A stretch of DNA of 64,000 nt, taken from Auanema rhodensis. Lineage: Eukaryota; Animalia; Nematoda. Each line of letters starts with the position of its first letter. Position 1 is the stretch's first letter. The notes under the pieces are model-generated. The model did no database searches. It was given only the letters and a program-made list of their open reading frames with translations, and had not been told where the DNA came from. Shown piece after piece: positions 22,925 to 34,862 of the stretch. The stretch lies in contig OZ059898.1 in assembly GCA_964057225.1 (NCBI GenBank), positions 13,950,001 through 14,014,000 of the forward strand, written 5' to 3'. The position numbers and the translations under genes are program-made.

Positions 22925-25815
22925 ATGAATGCTTTTGAACTTATTTTCGATAACAGCATTGCTGTTCTTGATTGCATGCCTGATTTATTGGGCATGCATC
23001 AGGGTAAAAATTTTTTCAGGATTTCAAAAAGACAATTTATTGTCTACAAGGATATCACTCGGGATATCTTTGTTCCATGGAACAGAAAAGGTCAGTTTTA
23101 TATTTTCAAGTTTCTATATATAATTTGTTTCAGGAGGCAATGGTCTGCCTGCTATCAATAACAAGACCTCTTCGAGAGGTTGTAAACTGGTTGACGGGCA
23201 ATACATCCTTTGCTCGAAGGATGAATGCGCCGAATACTCTTACAGAACAATCCGCTGTAAGAAACCAGATATGGATCTTACTAAAGAGGTTTTTTGTTGA
23301 TTTAAGATATATAATTAATTTTTGTTTTAGATTCATATGATTGTACAAGGCAAGGAAAAAATTGTTGAGCCGGTGCTTATCATTTATAACGTGCAGGTAG
23401 GTTCTCTTATTTTGCTTTTTGCTCTATGTACTATATTTAGGAATCTTTGGAAAATTTTGTGCCCGCTAAACAGAGAATCCTGCCCTCTGTCAGCATGGAA
23501 GTTAAAAATGTTCTGGAAAACAGAACAACAGCTGCTGCTAAGGAAGTGCTAAAAAATATGGAAATTAGCTCCAGTCAGGTATGGGTCTCATTTAATTCTG
23601 CATATCAGCACAAATTGCTTGCTATTTTTCTACATTTTTTTATTTTAGCTGACTAGTCTTGCCCGAAGTGTCAGCACCCACATCAAGTCGGGTACTGGCA
23701 AAAGATCGCCGAGCGATGTCAATAAACTCGTTGATAGATTCGCGAATGCGAGTATGAAAGTGGAGCACATGGAACCAATCAAAGTGGAAAGAACAGGTTA
23801 AATTAAGTTTTTATCAATTTAATAGTAATGATTTTTTAGATCGTGGTATTGCCTTCTGCCAGATTGTCGGATACCCGACGGCTTTCAAGCATTTTTGTGC
23901 TTGCTTGCCAACGGTTGAAGATATGAACGACCATCTTCGCTTTGTGGACAATCTCCAATACATGCCTAAACAGGAGGCAAAGGAAGCATTTGGTGAGTAT
24001 TTTGTAATTGAGGCATTGAAACTTTTTTAATCTTCCAGTGCGAATTTTGAATCAAGTGAATGCTTCCGGAGCTCTACCAACAATAGGAAGTATCATAATG
24101 ATTGATACTACATTTTCAATCAGTAGTGGCGAATACGTCACTCTAGCCCTCGGAGTTTCGGATATGTTCACGTAAGTATAGATTATATTAGTTACATCTT
24201 TTTTTATAATGTTAATTTAGGTCAAAAAAATCTGGTAAAAACGCTGGCATATTGCTTGCATGTATGGTACATAGTACCAAAAACGCTGGCAATCATGAAG
24301 CATTCTCGGCATATTTGAACAAAATGCTATCTCAATATGGAAGGAACAAAAAAGTAGCTGGTTTGTGCCATGATGGTGAAGATGCTTTTAAAGCATACAA
24401 CACTGTAAGAAATTTTTTTACATAAGGTTTAATTGTTCTTTATTTTAGGGATCATTTTTAAAAGATGCTGTGCCGCTAAGATGTTCCGTGCACCGAATGG
24501 AGAATATAAAAAGCACATTCGGCAAAGACGATGATGCTGAGAGAAAGGAACATATCCTACATAAACTATTCGGGAGAAAAAAAGAGGTATACTTGATATT
24601 GTTTTTGAACACTATTTTTATGTTTTAAGACTGAATATGGAACAATCATGAGGAAAGGGGCTTTATCGTCCCTAACTCGTGACGAATATGAGAAGAAAAT
24701 GCAGGATATTATTATGAATTGTGGAGAGAAAACTCGACAATGGTTTGTTTTATCAAAATTTTAACTAATGTTTTTTGGATTCAGGCTCATTGCTAATAAA
24801 GAAGATTTGTATCAAACAAATAGTTTGATTCAAAAATTAAGAGCTGGGCAAAGCCAGCAATTTTTTTCCACTAACTTGCTAGAGTCGAGAAACGCTCAGT
24901 TAAAAGCAAGAATGCCTCATCCAATTCCTGCTCACCAGGTTTTAGAAAAAATGCTGCAAATACATGAAGGTAACTAAACTATTAAAAAAAAGAAAAAATT
25001 AATTTCATTATAGAAGAAATCAAAGATCGAATTGGAGCCATTCATCAGAAATCGGACAAACTGGCCACTCACTTTCATGTTGAGAACCATGAGTGGTTAG
25101 TAATGACACGTATTGAGAAAATGAACAAACTCAAACTTTTTGGTTTGAATGACTTCATTTTTGAAAATACGTTGTCGAACTATCCCTCATGGATGAGTGA
25201 GCCAGTAGGAACTAATAATGCTGACGTGTTTTTCGAAACTGTTCAGCGTTTGGAGGTATTTCCTGCTGCAAAAGCGGGTATATATTTTACCAAAGACAGT
25301 ACTGGAGCGTAAGCTGAGAAAATTCGTAATAAAGTTTATTATTAATTTTTCAGATTGGGATGCGTCAATGAAGTTAATAATGAGCTTGTATGCTCAAGCC
25401 CAGGATGTTCTCAGCGAAATTTTCCGAAACACGCTCTATGTCATCACAGGTTTCTTAAATTTATAGTACAATTAAGTATATTTTTGTTTCAGACTAGCTG
25501 TTTTCATATCATTGGAGAATGAAAATAAAAAAAATGCAATTGTTGAAAACCTGGAACGGAAAAGGAACGAGAGAACAGCAAGAGACGTGCAATCCGAGCA
25601 ATTGAGACCAGCTGACGGGTCTAAATTCGATCAGAGACGATTTGGTTCGCAATTCTCCAAAACAAACCGTAAAAGAAACTACTATGACATGGAGTAAGTT
25701 TAACACTACTGATCCCGAAATAATTTTTTATTACAGTACGACAGCCGATTCAGATGAAGAGATTTTGATTCCAGGCCCATCAGGACAACAGGATCGCTAC
25801 TACTCACTTTCATAA
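22925..25815 (+). CDS. MULE transposase, ~15 exons (manual splice model)
   Basis: Joining exons across ~14 short GT-AG introns gives IDTTF (D ~24104), CHDGEDAF (D ~24372), LRCSVH (CxxH), STNLLESRNAQLK (E ~24882) and a SWIM-like CSSPGC...CHH. Stop at 25813-25815; AATAAA follows. Confidence 0.85.
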
Positions 25816-26206
25816 AGTGCCGTAGCTACAAAAATCGGATATTAATAAACTTGAATAAGGTGAGTGAACTAACATATTTCAAACTATATATTTAATTTCA
25901 TTTACAATATTGATCCATCACACACTCTCACCAAATTGAAAATCATTATTAAAAGGTCAGTTAGAACGATTGCTTAACATCTTTAATGAACACTTTTCAT
26001 GTATGCAACAGCTCCACAAAAAGAAAACATGCGAAACGGAAAGTTTTTTAAAAATTAAATTTCGATTCTTTTAACACTTCATGTTCAACTAATGTAAAAA
26101 ATTTTTTCCTGATAGTATAATCTCTAATTTGAAAAAAACATAAAATTTCAAACTACAACTTTTGTATTTTGGTATACTTAGTATAAAGATATTTTTTTTG
26201 GTAAAC

Positions 26207-26385
26207 TTGGTATACTTGATCAATTTGGTAAACTTGGTAACCTTGTAAAGTGTTCATAAATTAATATTAGGTATACTTTGGTAAACCTGGTAAACCTGGT
26301 ATACCATATAACTATGGTAAACTTGTCTATTGCGTGGTAAACCTAGTTTGGTAAACCTAAAGTTTGGTAAACTTGTCAGTTTGCC
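26207..26385 (-). repeat. Right TIR of MULE C1
   Basis: Inverted copy of 22195-22373. Confidence 0.93.
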
Positions 26386-26957
26386 GTCGAATGCTTGGAA
26401 GGCATCCATGCTGACCATTACACCACGAACGCTACAATAGGTTGTGAACTATTAGATTAGATGAGTTGACACATCTTTGACTTCATTGATAATTACGAAT
26501 GAAAAGCAGTAACATATTTTTTTCAAACGTTTCACATCAAAAATTCAAAAATGGACAAGCTCAAGTATTTTCAAAATCTTTGCAACATATTGCAATCAAA
26601 TCATTCACAAAAAATGAAAAATGTATGCGTTCGGGGGGAATCGAACCCCCGTCGAATGCTTGGAAGGCATCCATGCTGACCATTACACCACGAACGCTAC
26701 GATGGCTCTTGAACTATTAGATTAGATGAGTTGACACATCTTTGACTTCATTGATAATTACGAATGAAAAGCAGTAACATATTTTTTTCAAACGTTTCAC
26801 ATCAAAAATTCAAAAATGGACAAGCTCAAGTATTTTCAAAATCTTTGCAACATATTGCAATCAAATCATTCACAAAAAATGAAAAATGTGTGCGTTCGGG
26901 GGGAATCGAACCCCCGTCGAATGCTTGGAAGGCATCCATGCTGACCATTACACCACG
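26386..26957 (-). repeat. tRNA-Gly(TCC) array, segment 4 (~2 units)
   Basis: Array units between the MULE and element D. Confidence 0.96.
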
Positions 26958-27398
26958 TTTGGACTATGAATCCAAGAGTTATTCCAGGGGAATAGCTGTA
27001 GTATTACTCGTTCGACGTGATACAGGAGTTAATACCGTTTAGGAGTATTAACGAAGGTTGATACTCGAAGAGAGTATTATCAGGGTTGAACTTCGCAGAT
27101 TTGGGTTAAAAAGGTTTATTAAATAAAGATGGTACAGTGGTAGAAAAGTTAGATTCGAAAGTGAAGGTTTCTTGGGTTTATATATGATTTAGCTTAAGGG
27201 TGATATTTGATATTTGAATAGAAAGGTCACGTTAATGTAAACTATAGAGGTGATAAAAGTTCAACATCCTTTGAGAATGTTGCGCAATAGGTTAATGATA
27301 CAATTATTCGGTTAATAGATAATGGTTTAGTATTTCAGAAGAGTTATGTTTATATTGTAAATCATTATATTTTGTTAATAGTCAGGCATTTGCCGACA
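26958..27398 (-). repeat. 3' LTR of element D
   Basis: Direct repeat of 34863-35303. Confidence 0.96.
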
Positions 27399-30300
27399 TT
27401 GCCGGGCGAGGGTTGCGATTTGAATTTTTCAAACAGCAATAAGAGAGGATAGCTGGTAGAAGGAAAGGAGCGAGAAAGGAGAGGGCTGTGTATAAGATAT
27501 ATGAACATGCTGTGACTGCAGCTACGACGGGTACGATCCATTTCCAATTATTCTGGATCACTTCTATTAGAGGTTCCAAGTTGGGGAGATTCCAAGAGAG
27601 TCCAGATGTTCCATTATGTAGTTTGATCAGTTCTTCTGAAATTGTAGTGTCACTTATGTAGTGTAATCTGGTACTTAGCTGGATAAATTGCTTTGTTGCT
27701 CTTCCGCATGTTAGAGTACAATTTTCTTGTACTTTGGGTTCATTGAAGTATAGTTTTATCGTTGTGGCGGGATTTTTGTCGGAGCATCGAATTATAGTAG
27801 AAAAGGAATCGCAGTTCAGTATTGCATTTAACTCGTCCTTTGTTTCACATGTCATGTTTAGCGTTGTTCCTTCTTTGCATTTATAACATCCTGTTATCAT
27901 TTGAAAATCTGAAAAACAAGGATGTCTATTAGTGTATAGACTTTCGATGCTAAATTGCGGGTTTTGCATTGTGAGCGTTGATTCTTCCATTTTTGATAGA
28001 ACTGTTATAGTTCCTGCTTCTTTTGTTATCCTATAATTCGTATTAATTTTTGGAAGCTCATATTTTTTCAGTTCTCTTTGCGTCGCTGAATCGCAATTGC
28101 AAGAGAGCTGTGCTGCGGCCCCCAAACATGGGCAAGGCTTTCTTATGTGGCATGCATTAAACTTATCTGCCGCCATTCTTGCATTGCTGCATATAACAGC
28201 TGGTTTTATTTGCTCCGTTATCATGTAGTTGTTTGTCTCAGATGTTAAAAAAATTTTGTTGTACAGTTCCGTTGTTGCTTTTGCTGTGACTGACGAAATC
28301 TGTAATGATATTCCGTGAAACTCGTATTTTCGGTAGGGCTGTAGCAAAATGTCGTATTTTTGAGTGTTGTTGAGGTATATGATCGTTAATTTTGCTTGCA
28401 CTTCTTGCTTCCATTGTATGCATTTGATCTCTTCGTATACTTCTTTGTTCTCTGGTTGATAAGTTGGTCTAAATAAAATGCATCCTTCTATAGGAAGTCC
28501 ACAGCTGTTGAATAGTCCTCCTCCGGCTCTGGTGCAGTAGGTTCTTCCAGGATTTTCGTATGCAGAATATAGTTCGGATACAAATGTATCCTGTCGAATA
28601 TCATCGCATCCGGTGCCCCAGGGGCAATGAGTTGTACCGGCGCATCTATGAGAGGAGTGAATGGTTAGGTTAGTTATTCTAGTGAATCCTTGCGAAACTT
28701 TTTGGCATGAAAATTTATGTTGAATTAATTGAATTTCTAGTTTTCCTATAGTGGAGTTTTGATATTTGATGTAGGAGCAGAGAGAGTTTTGTAAGGGATT
28801 GAATGAAATTTCTTCGTTGGTTATTTTGGTGCAGTTTTGTATATCGTCGCAAAAGATTTCTATGTTTTTATGAGCGTTGGGGGATCCACAAGCTTGCGCC
28901 TGGCATATGAGAAAAAAGAGTGTGAATAGGAGGGAAGGGATGTACGAAATGGTGGGCTCGTTCTGTCGGCGGTATGTTCTTAGTCTTCTGTAGATTAGAC
29001 CACAGCTAATGAATAAAAGAGCGCAGCCAATTAATGGCGTAAGTACTATAAGAATAGCTAAGATTGGATTACAGTGAGGATTGCCTATGATATGTAGGAT
29101 GAATGGCGGTGGGAAGTCACATGGGTGAGGAAGTTTGCATGTTTGATTCTGAGTTGACTCCAAGTTGAAGCGTGAAACGGATGCTGTTTTTGGTAAAACT
29201 GAAATAGGTAGTGGGATTATTTCGGATTGGTGTGCAGAGAGATTATGGCAGCTGGAGTCGATGCATATTGTTGAGTGGTTTGGTTGTGCTGGAAATACCA
29301 CTTGTGATGTTGAACACCTGATTATCGGTTGGGTCATAGCAACTGAAAATATTTGTATTAGCATCAGAAAACGAAAAATGTTCCTTAGCCGGTTCGGATT
29401 GGTTGGTGTGTGTGAAAGATGATTGACAGTTATTTCCTGTGATTCTCTTCCTTTGTCGAAATTGTCCTTGAGCTCGAGTGGGTAGAGTTTTTCAACTGGT
29501 TTCGTGAGTTCTTTGCCGTTTCCTAATTTAATTCTTGCGGATCTGAATATGTTATCCGAAGACGGTAGTAGGGCAGTAATGCGCGCCATTTGCCAGTTGC
29601 ATCTGTTCAGGTTATCTTCTTCCACAAGGACCACCTCATTTAGCGTTGGGTGGTTAGAACTTCTGTGCGTTTGTTTTGTGGATGCGTGGGCATTACGGAG
29701 ACATAGAAGATATTCCTTGGACCACCGATCCCAGAATGATTCCGCTATAATTTCCACTTTCTGCAGATTTTCAAATGCTTCTTTATTCGTTTGTATTGGG
29801 TTTGGTTCATCCAAGGCTTGTCCCAATTGTTCTACGTTACCTCCTGGTACGAGAACGGGGCTGCCGTTATTCAAGAAATCTGCTGGTGTCAGGGGTCGGT
29901 CGTCTACATTATCTGAATTTGTATAGGTGATCGGTCTGGAATTTATTATTCCTTCGATCTTTATAATTGCCGTCGTTAGTTGGTCTTTGTTGACCAATTT
30001 AAGCTGCAATGATTTGTAGAGCGAAGTTTTTACTATCGCAACCAGTCGCTCCCATACTCCTCCAGTCCATGGGGCACTGGGAGTGTTAAAAATCCATGTA
30101 ATGTGGTGTTTTTGTAAAAATTTTGTGAAACTTGTTCTATGTTCACTATCATAAGTTTCTAACATGTTAAGTATCTTAGCCGAGTGAACAAAATTGCTCC
30201 CATTGTCCGAACGGATAACGTCCGGTAATCCTCTGCGAGCTACGAATCTTATAAATGCATTGAGGAATGTATTAGAGGTCATGTCGTTAATTGGTTCGAG

Positions 30301-33300
30301 GTGAACTGCTCGAACCGTTAGACATGTAAAGATTACTATATATATTTGTTCACTTTTTCTATATTTAATGGGTCCGATACAGTCTAGCCCCGTATGCTTA
30401 AATGGCATAGCTTTTGTAATTCGATCTTCTGGCAGAGGTGCCAGAAAATCTGTGGTGAATGGGCGACTGAGTATTTTTTGACACGGGACGCACTTTTTTA
30501 TAATTGATTTGCATACCTGCCTTGTTCCTGCCATGAAAAACTTTTGAAAAAATAGGCTGATCAGATGTGTAGTTCCCAGGTGTGCATTTTCTTTATGTAT
30601 GGAAAGCAAAATTAGTTTACCTAAATCAGATTTTTTGGGTAGTAAAAAGGGATACTTTGTGGATGCAGGCAATTTGGCGTTAAGCAAACGTGTTTGAATT
30701 ATACGTAATCCGTTGTTATCCTTGGTGGTGCGAAATTGCTTTATTTCCGATTGTTTTAATTTTTTCTGGGCCTCTTGTATGAGAAAGAGATCTGCGGTTT
30801 GGGATTGCTGCTTTTCCTTTTGCGCTCGTTGTAGCATGGTTGATGTTGGGGTTTTGTTTATTTTCTGCAATAGTACTAGCGCGGCTTTAAATACCAAACC
30901 TGTGGTCCGTTGTAGTTTGGAGTACGAATTAAATCTTCCTGGTTGTATTATTGACTCGTATGATTGAATATCAGTAGATACGGGTAGAATGAGTATGGGG
31001 GGTTCGTCTTCGTCTATTGGAGCGGTGAGTTCCTTTATTGGTCTGTTGTCCATTTGTGATAGCCATGGTGGAGAAAACAACCAGCGTTCCTTTAACAGAT
31101 TTTGGTCTGTTGTCCCTCTAGTTCCAATGTCTGCTGGATTATGGTCGGTATCAACATAGTGGAAGTGTAGTGAAGCTTTTTGAGCTTCCAACCTTCTTCC
31201 TATTTCTTCAATGTTTTGCCGCATATTACTGATAAAAACGGGGACACTTTTTTTCGTTATAAGCCAAGATAGAGCTATTTGGCTATCTGACGCAATGTTA
31301 ATTGCCAGATTCGGCTCGTTCAAATTATTGTATATTGTTTCCGCGATTTTCATTCCCATAAAAATTGCGGATAGTTCTAAGCGCGGGATGGTCAAAGTCC
31401 TATTTTTGGGGGCTAATTTTACTTTCCCCATTATGATTGGAGCTCTTTCTGTGTTGGTAGTTAAATAGGCGCATGCTGCAATAGCTTTTGTGCTTGCGTC
31501 TACAAAAACCCACAGTTCTTTCTTGTCTCTTTTGCTAGATAATTCCCGCGGAACTTCAATGTTGAACGGCCCTATTTTTGTGCTGGCTTTGTTCCAATCG
31601 GCGACGAGATCCTCGGGGACTTGCTCCTTCCAATCGACATTGCTGTTCATTACTTGTCTTAAAATAATTTTATATGGAAGTAGGAGCGGTGCCGCTAGTC
31701 CTATGGGGTCATATATGCTGTGTAAACTACTCAGCATATCTCGTTTAGTAAAAGACTGTTGCATACGCATTTGTCCTGTTAATACAAACGAATCTTTACT
31801 GGCGTTATATAGTACACCTAGTATTTTGGGATTTTTATCTGGGTGGTGATCTATCGCCGGAATTTCGTTGTTAAAATGGGATGAGTTACTAAAGTATTCT
31901 CTAACATTCATCGAAATTTGAGAGAATATTTTCTTTGAATCTTTATATAAATCGGTTAGTTCTTTTTGATCATTGGTTGTATAAAAAATATTATCTACAT
32001 AAAGATATCTTAGGGTTTTTTCTACAAATGGTGAGGTGTGGCTATTCAAATACGCGTGTAACGACATGTTTAATACAGCGGGGCTTGCCGTAATGCCAAA
32101 AGCTAACCTATTAAATCGAAATTCTATTATATTGTTTGGTGTAGGCGGCTTATTGACATCTTTCAACCAAAGAAAGCGACAGAGATCTTTACAATCATTA
32201 GCTATGCGTATTTGTGTGAAAGCACCTTCAATATCACACATCAGAAAATACGATTTGGTACGAATACCTATCAAGATATCGAGAATTTTGTTGGTGAAGC
32301 TCTCACCTGTTGAGGTTATGTCATTTAGAGAGAGTTGTCCTTTTTGTTTAGCAGATGCGTTAAAGACTATGCGAAGAGGCTTGGTTTTTTGGGGTTTCCA
32401 CACACCGCGATGTGGCATATAATAAGTTCTGGTCGCCTCAACATCTGCCGGGACTAACTCTATTACGTTTTCTTTTAAATATTGTGAGAACGTTTCTTGA
32501 TAGTATTTTTGTTGATTGGGGTCTTTTTGTAAGGATATTTGAAGACGATTAAGTGTTGCCAAAGCAAGATTACGGTTAGATTGAATATTTATGGCGTTTT
32601 TCTTTAGTGGGAGAGGGGCGGTTATGTAGCCGTTATCAAACGTAAGTAAAGTAGAATATTCGTTATAGAATAGTTCTGATTTGTTCAAAGCTCCTTCATG
32701 TGGAGCAATGCCCAAACTATCTATTTCGAATAATTGTTTAATCATAACTTCCTCCGGTATTTGAGGGTTTATGATTAAGGAATGGACGGCTATGGATTCA
32801 TGGGTATTATTTGTTTTTCCATAAATACAGGGACCAAAGTGGGTGTGTTTAATTTTTAGACCCGATGGTAATGAAATGGATGGCTCTTCAGTTATTACTG
32901 AATCATACCAATCCATACCTAACAAAATGTCGGGTGAGAATGTTTCCCCATTAATGAATTGATTGGTGACGGAAATTTTGGTTTTTTCAAGAAATTCTCT
33001 ATCCCGGATTTGTAGAGAACAGCATTTTAGGTTTCCGGTGAGTGGTTTTGGGGATGTTAGCAAAATTAGTTTAATTATTTTTCCATATGGGGTTTGCAAA
33101 ATAGCTTCGACTGTTTTTGTTTCAAAAGTTTCTTTATTGCCCGAAAATCCGGTTGCTGTAATGTTTTGTGTTGCTAAGGTATTCAAGTTGCATGTCTCAG
33201 CTGTCTTTTGATGGATGAAGCTTTGAGTTGCTCCGGGGTCAAGAAATATGGTTTTAGTATGATAAGTGTTTGTTAAAGGATTTAAGAGAGAGATTTGAGA

Positions 33301-34599
33301 AGTCATGAGGTAAGCGGGAGAAGGATGGAAAGATTTAGATATAGTGGTGCAATTCATGGACGGTTTAGTAATTTTGATGGTTGGCTTAGGTAGGCATAAA
33401 GTATAATTATGCTCTTTTTTGCAGTTTCGGCAACTTTCGAATTTGCACTTACTGCTTGAGTGTGTTGGACTAAAGCAAATCCAACACCTATTTTTTCTCT
33501 TTATAATCTCTCTTCGTTCTTGGGGGGTGGTTATCGTGGGGCATTTTGTAGGGCGATGACCCTGCTTATCGCAAAAAACGCAGGGTCGTTCTGATTTTTC
33601 TGAGGATTTGATGGGTTTTGAGAAAAAGGGCTGAGTTTGGTCTCGATACTGAGGTTCGGATCGTTCTCGTCTTAAATAAGCCGAGGTTTCCTTTGAGTAT
33701 GCTATACCCTCTATGTCCTTCAGAATTTGACTTATAGTATTTTCGCCGGGCGATCGCCAACAGCGCATATCTATAATTTCTTCAGGAAATTTCTCAGATA
33801 TCTCTGTGACCCAAGCTGGGTCTTCAGTATTGTATATATATTGAGATCTTGCTCTGTCGAGTTGGTCGAGCAAAGCTCGAATCTCATTAACTCGGGATCT
33901 CAAAGAGGTGGGGTCGGATTTTGCGACAGGTAATCTCCTGATATTACGGTATATGCGAAAGTCAACCGCTAATATCGGTTGATATGTGTTTTGTAAGGTT
34001 TCGATTATTTGGTGATAAAATTCGCCGTTTAAAGGCTTATTCTCGAGATGAACCCTGGCAGGTCCTTGTAGGGCTTCTGCCAAAAAAATGTTTTTCTGTT
34101 GTATATTTAGGCTAGGTTCATTGTGAATGAGGGTTTTGAATTGGTTCCAAAAGAGTGGAAATGTTAAGGAGTCTCCGTTAAATGTGGGAATCGAAAGTTG
34201 AGGTGTTTTAACGGAGAGACCAAAGCTAGTTCGCGTTGGTCTTTTATTCCGATCCGACTCTTGGTCGTCTTCGGAATCGGGGAGGGGTTGTTTTTTAGCT
34301 GTTTTGGTTTCTAGTTCCAAAATCAGGATGTTCGCTCTTGTTACTGTGTCAGCATGAAGCGTGGTTACCTCGTTTATTCTTCTGTTCAATTCAGAAAACG
34401 TAGGTTCGGGGAGAAGAGAAGCAAGAGTAGCGAGAGATGATTCTTCAGACCTAAGTTGTGTGAGAGATGTGTGTAGGCGTAGAAGCGAAATGTTTTCTTG
34501 GTTCTCGGTTTTAGTTTTTATGAGTAGTTTGGCTAGTTGCTCAAATTTGTCTGCGAAATTGTGGAGTTTTTCATTGAAAACTTCTTCAGTACGGTCCAT
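27382..34599 (-). CDS. Gag-Pro-RT-RNaseH-Integrase-DUF5641-Env polyprotein, BEL/Pao family
   Basis: DUF1759-like IPTFNGD; triple zinc knuckle CVFCDKQGHRPTKC; protease FLDPGAT; RT YMPHRGV...CDIEGAF...FGITASP...YVDN; RNase H FVDAS...TIPRLEL...SDS...NPADIGTRG; integrase H-H-C-C, LDCIGP, SDNGSNF, GVWERLV; FWDRWSKEYL; Cys-rich phlebovirus Gc-like C-terminus with a transmembrane segment. Confidence 0.97.
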   Translation of the reverse strand: MDRTEEVFNEKLHNFADKFEQLAKLLIKTKTENQENISLLRLHTSLTQLRSEESSLATLASLLPEPTFSELNRRINEVTTLHADTVTRANILILELETKTAKKQPLPDSEDDQESDRNKRPTRTSFGLSVKTPQLSIPTFNGDSLTFPLFWNQFKTLIHNEPSLNIQQKNIFLAEALQGPARVHLENKPLNGEFYHQIIETLQNTYQPILAVDFRIYRNIRRLPVAKSDPTSLRSRVNEIRALLDQLDRARSQYIYNTEDPAWVTEISEKFPEEIIDMRCWRSPGENTISQILKDIEGIAYSKETSAYLRRERSEPQYRDQTQPFFSKPIKSSEKSERPCVFCDKQGHRPTKCPTITTPQERREIIKRKNRCWICFSPTHSSSKCKFESCRNCKKEHNYTLCLPKPTIKITKPSMNCTTISKSFHPSPAYLMTSQISLLNPLTNTYHTKTIFLDPGATQSFIHQKTAETCNLNTLATQNITATGFSGNKETFETKTVEAILQTPYGKIIKLILLTSPKPLTGNLKCCSLQIRDREFLEKTKISVTNQFINGETFSPDILLGMDWYDSVITEEPSISLPSGLKIKHTHFGPCIYGKTNNTHESIAVHSLIINPQIPEEVMIKQLFEIDSLGIAPHEGALNKSELFYNEYSTLLTFDNGYITAPLPLKKNAINIQSNRNLALATLNRLQISLQKDPNQQKYYQETFSQYLKENVIELVPADVEATRTYYMPHRGVWKPQKTKPLRIVFNASAKQKGQLSLNDITSTGESFTNKILDILIGIRTKSYFLMCDIEGAFTQIRIANDCKDLCRFLWLKDVNKPPTPNNIIEFRFNRLAFGITASPAVLNMSLHAYLNSHTSPFVEKTLRYLYVDNIFYTTNDQKELTDLYKDSKKIFSQISMNVREYFSNSSHFNNEIPAIDHHPDKNPKILGVLYNASKDSFVLTGQMRMQQSFTKRDMLSSLHSIYDPIGLAAPLLLPYKIILRQVMNSNVDWKEQVPEDLVADWNKASTKIGPFNIEVPRELSSKRDKKELWVFVDASTKAIAACAYLTTNTERAPIIMGKVKLAPKNRTLTIPRLELSAIFMGMKIAETIYNNLNEPNLAINIASDSQIALSWLITKKSVPVFISNMRQNIEEIGRRLEAQKASLHFHYVDTDHNPADIGTRGTTDQNLLKERWLFSPPWLSQMDNRPIKELTAPIDEDEPPILILPVSTDIQSYESIIQPGRFNSYSKLQRTTGLVFKAALVLLQKINKTPTSTMLQRAQKEKQQSQTADLFLIQEAQKKLKQSEIKQFRTTKDNNGLRIIQTRLLNAKLPASTKYPFLLPKKSDLGKLILLSIHKENAHLGTTHLISLFFQKFFMAGTRQVCKSIIKKCVPCQKILSRPFTTDFLAPLPEDRITKAMPFKHTGLDCIGPIKYRKSEQIYIVIFTCLTVRAVHLEPINDMTSNTFLNAFIRFVARRGLPDVIRSDNGSNFVHSAKILNMLETYDSEHRTSFTKFLQKHHITWIFNTPSAPWTGGVWERLVAIVKTSLYKSLQLKLVNKDQLTTAIIKIEGIINSRPITYTNSDNVDDRPLTPADFLNNGSPVLVPGGNVEQLGQALDEPNPIQTNKEAFENLQKVEIIAESFWDRWSKEYLLCLRNAHASTKQTHRSSNHPTLNEVVLVEEDNLNRCNWQMARITALLPSSDNIFRSARIKLGNGKELTKPVEKLYPLELKDNFDKGRESQEITVNHLSHTPTNPNRLRNIFRFLMLIQIFSVAMTQPIIRCSTSQVVFPAQPNHSTICIDSSCHNLSAHQSEIIPLPISVLPKTASVSRFNLESTQNQTCKLPHPCDFPPPFILHIIGNPHCNPILAILIVLTPLIGCALLFISCGLIYRRLRTYRRQNEPTISYIPSLLFTLFFLICQAQACGSPNAHKNIEIFCDDIQNCTKITNEEISFNPLQNSLCSYIKYQNSTIGKLEIQLIQHKFSCQKVSQGFTRITNLTIHSSHRCAGTTHCPWGTGCDDIRQDTFVSELYSAYENPGRTYCTRAGGGLFNSCGLPIEGCILFRPTYQPENKEVYEEIKCIQWKQEVQAKLTIIYLNNTQKYDILLQPYRKYEFHGISLQISSVTAKATTELYNKIFLTSETNNYMITEQIKPAVICSNARMAADKFNACHIRKPCPCLGAAAQLSCNCDSATQRELKKYELPKINTNYRITKEAGTITVLSKMEESTLTMQNPQFSIESLYTNRHPCFSDFQMITGCYKCKEGTTLNMTCETKDELNAILNCDSFSTIIRCSDKNPATTIKLYFNEPKVQENCTLTCGRATKQFIQLSTRLHYISDTTISEELIKLHNGTSGLSWNLPNLEPLIEVIQNNWKWIVPVVAAVTACSYILYTALSFLAPFLLPAILSYCCLKNSNRNPRPAMSANA

Positions 34600-34851
34600 T
34601 GCTACCGTTTTTTGATTTTTTGATGCAAAATGTATGACTTTTGAATTTCTTAGTTGAATTGTTGCAAAATGTGTTGGTAACTTTTTTGATTTTGAGATTG
34701 AGATAGAGATAAAGATTCAGATGAGATGAGATGAAGCAAAGAAGTTTAAAGAATGTGATGATGAAGAAAAGTAAACAAATGAACTGAGAAATAAAAAGTG
34801 AGAATAGAAAATAATACAAAAAGGTTTCTAACAATTGATACCTGATTTGGA

Positions 34852-34861
34852 CGATGCACCA
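34852..34861 (-). promoter_or_regulatory. Primer binding site of element D, tRNA-Gly(GCC)
   Basis: Minus strand TGGTGCATCG, 1 nt after the 5' LTR. Confidence 0.85.
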
Positions 34862-34862
34862 A

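Larger units (their letters stand above)
22195..26385 (+). mobile_element. Element C copy 1: Mutator/MULE DNA transposon
   Basis: ~179-bp TIRs (22195-22373, 26207-26385) built of GTTTACCA motifs. 9-bp TSD GTCGAATGC (22186-22194, 26386-26394). Spliced DDE transposase gene. Confidence 0.94.

Noticed and set aside
29165-34615. Plus-strand ORFs of 68-140 aa inside element D, and similar short ORFs overlapping the element A ORF
   Set aside because: Shadow ORFs of the long polyprotein frames with no recognisable motifs.
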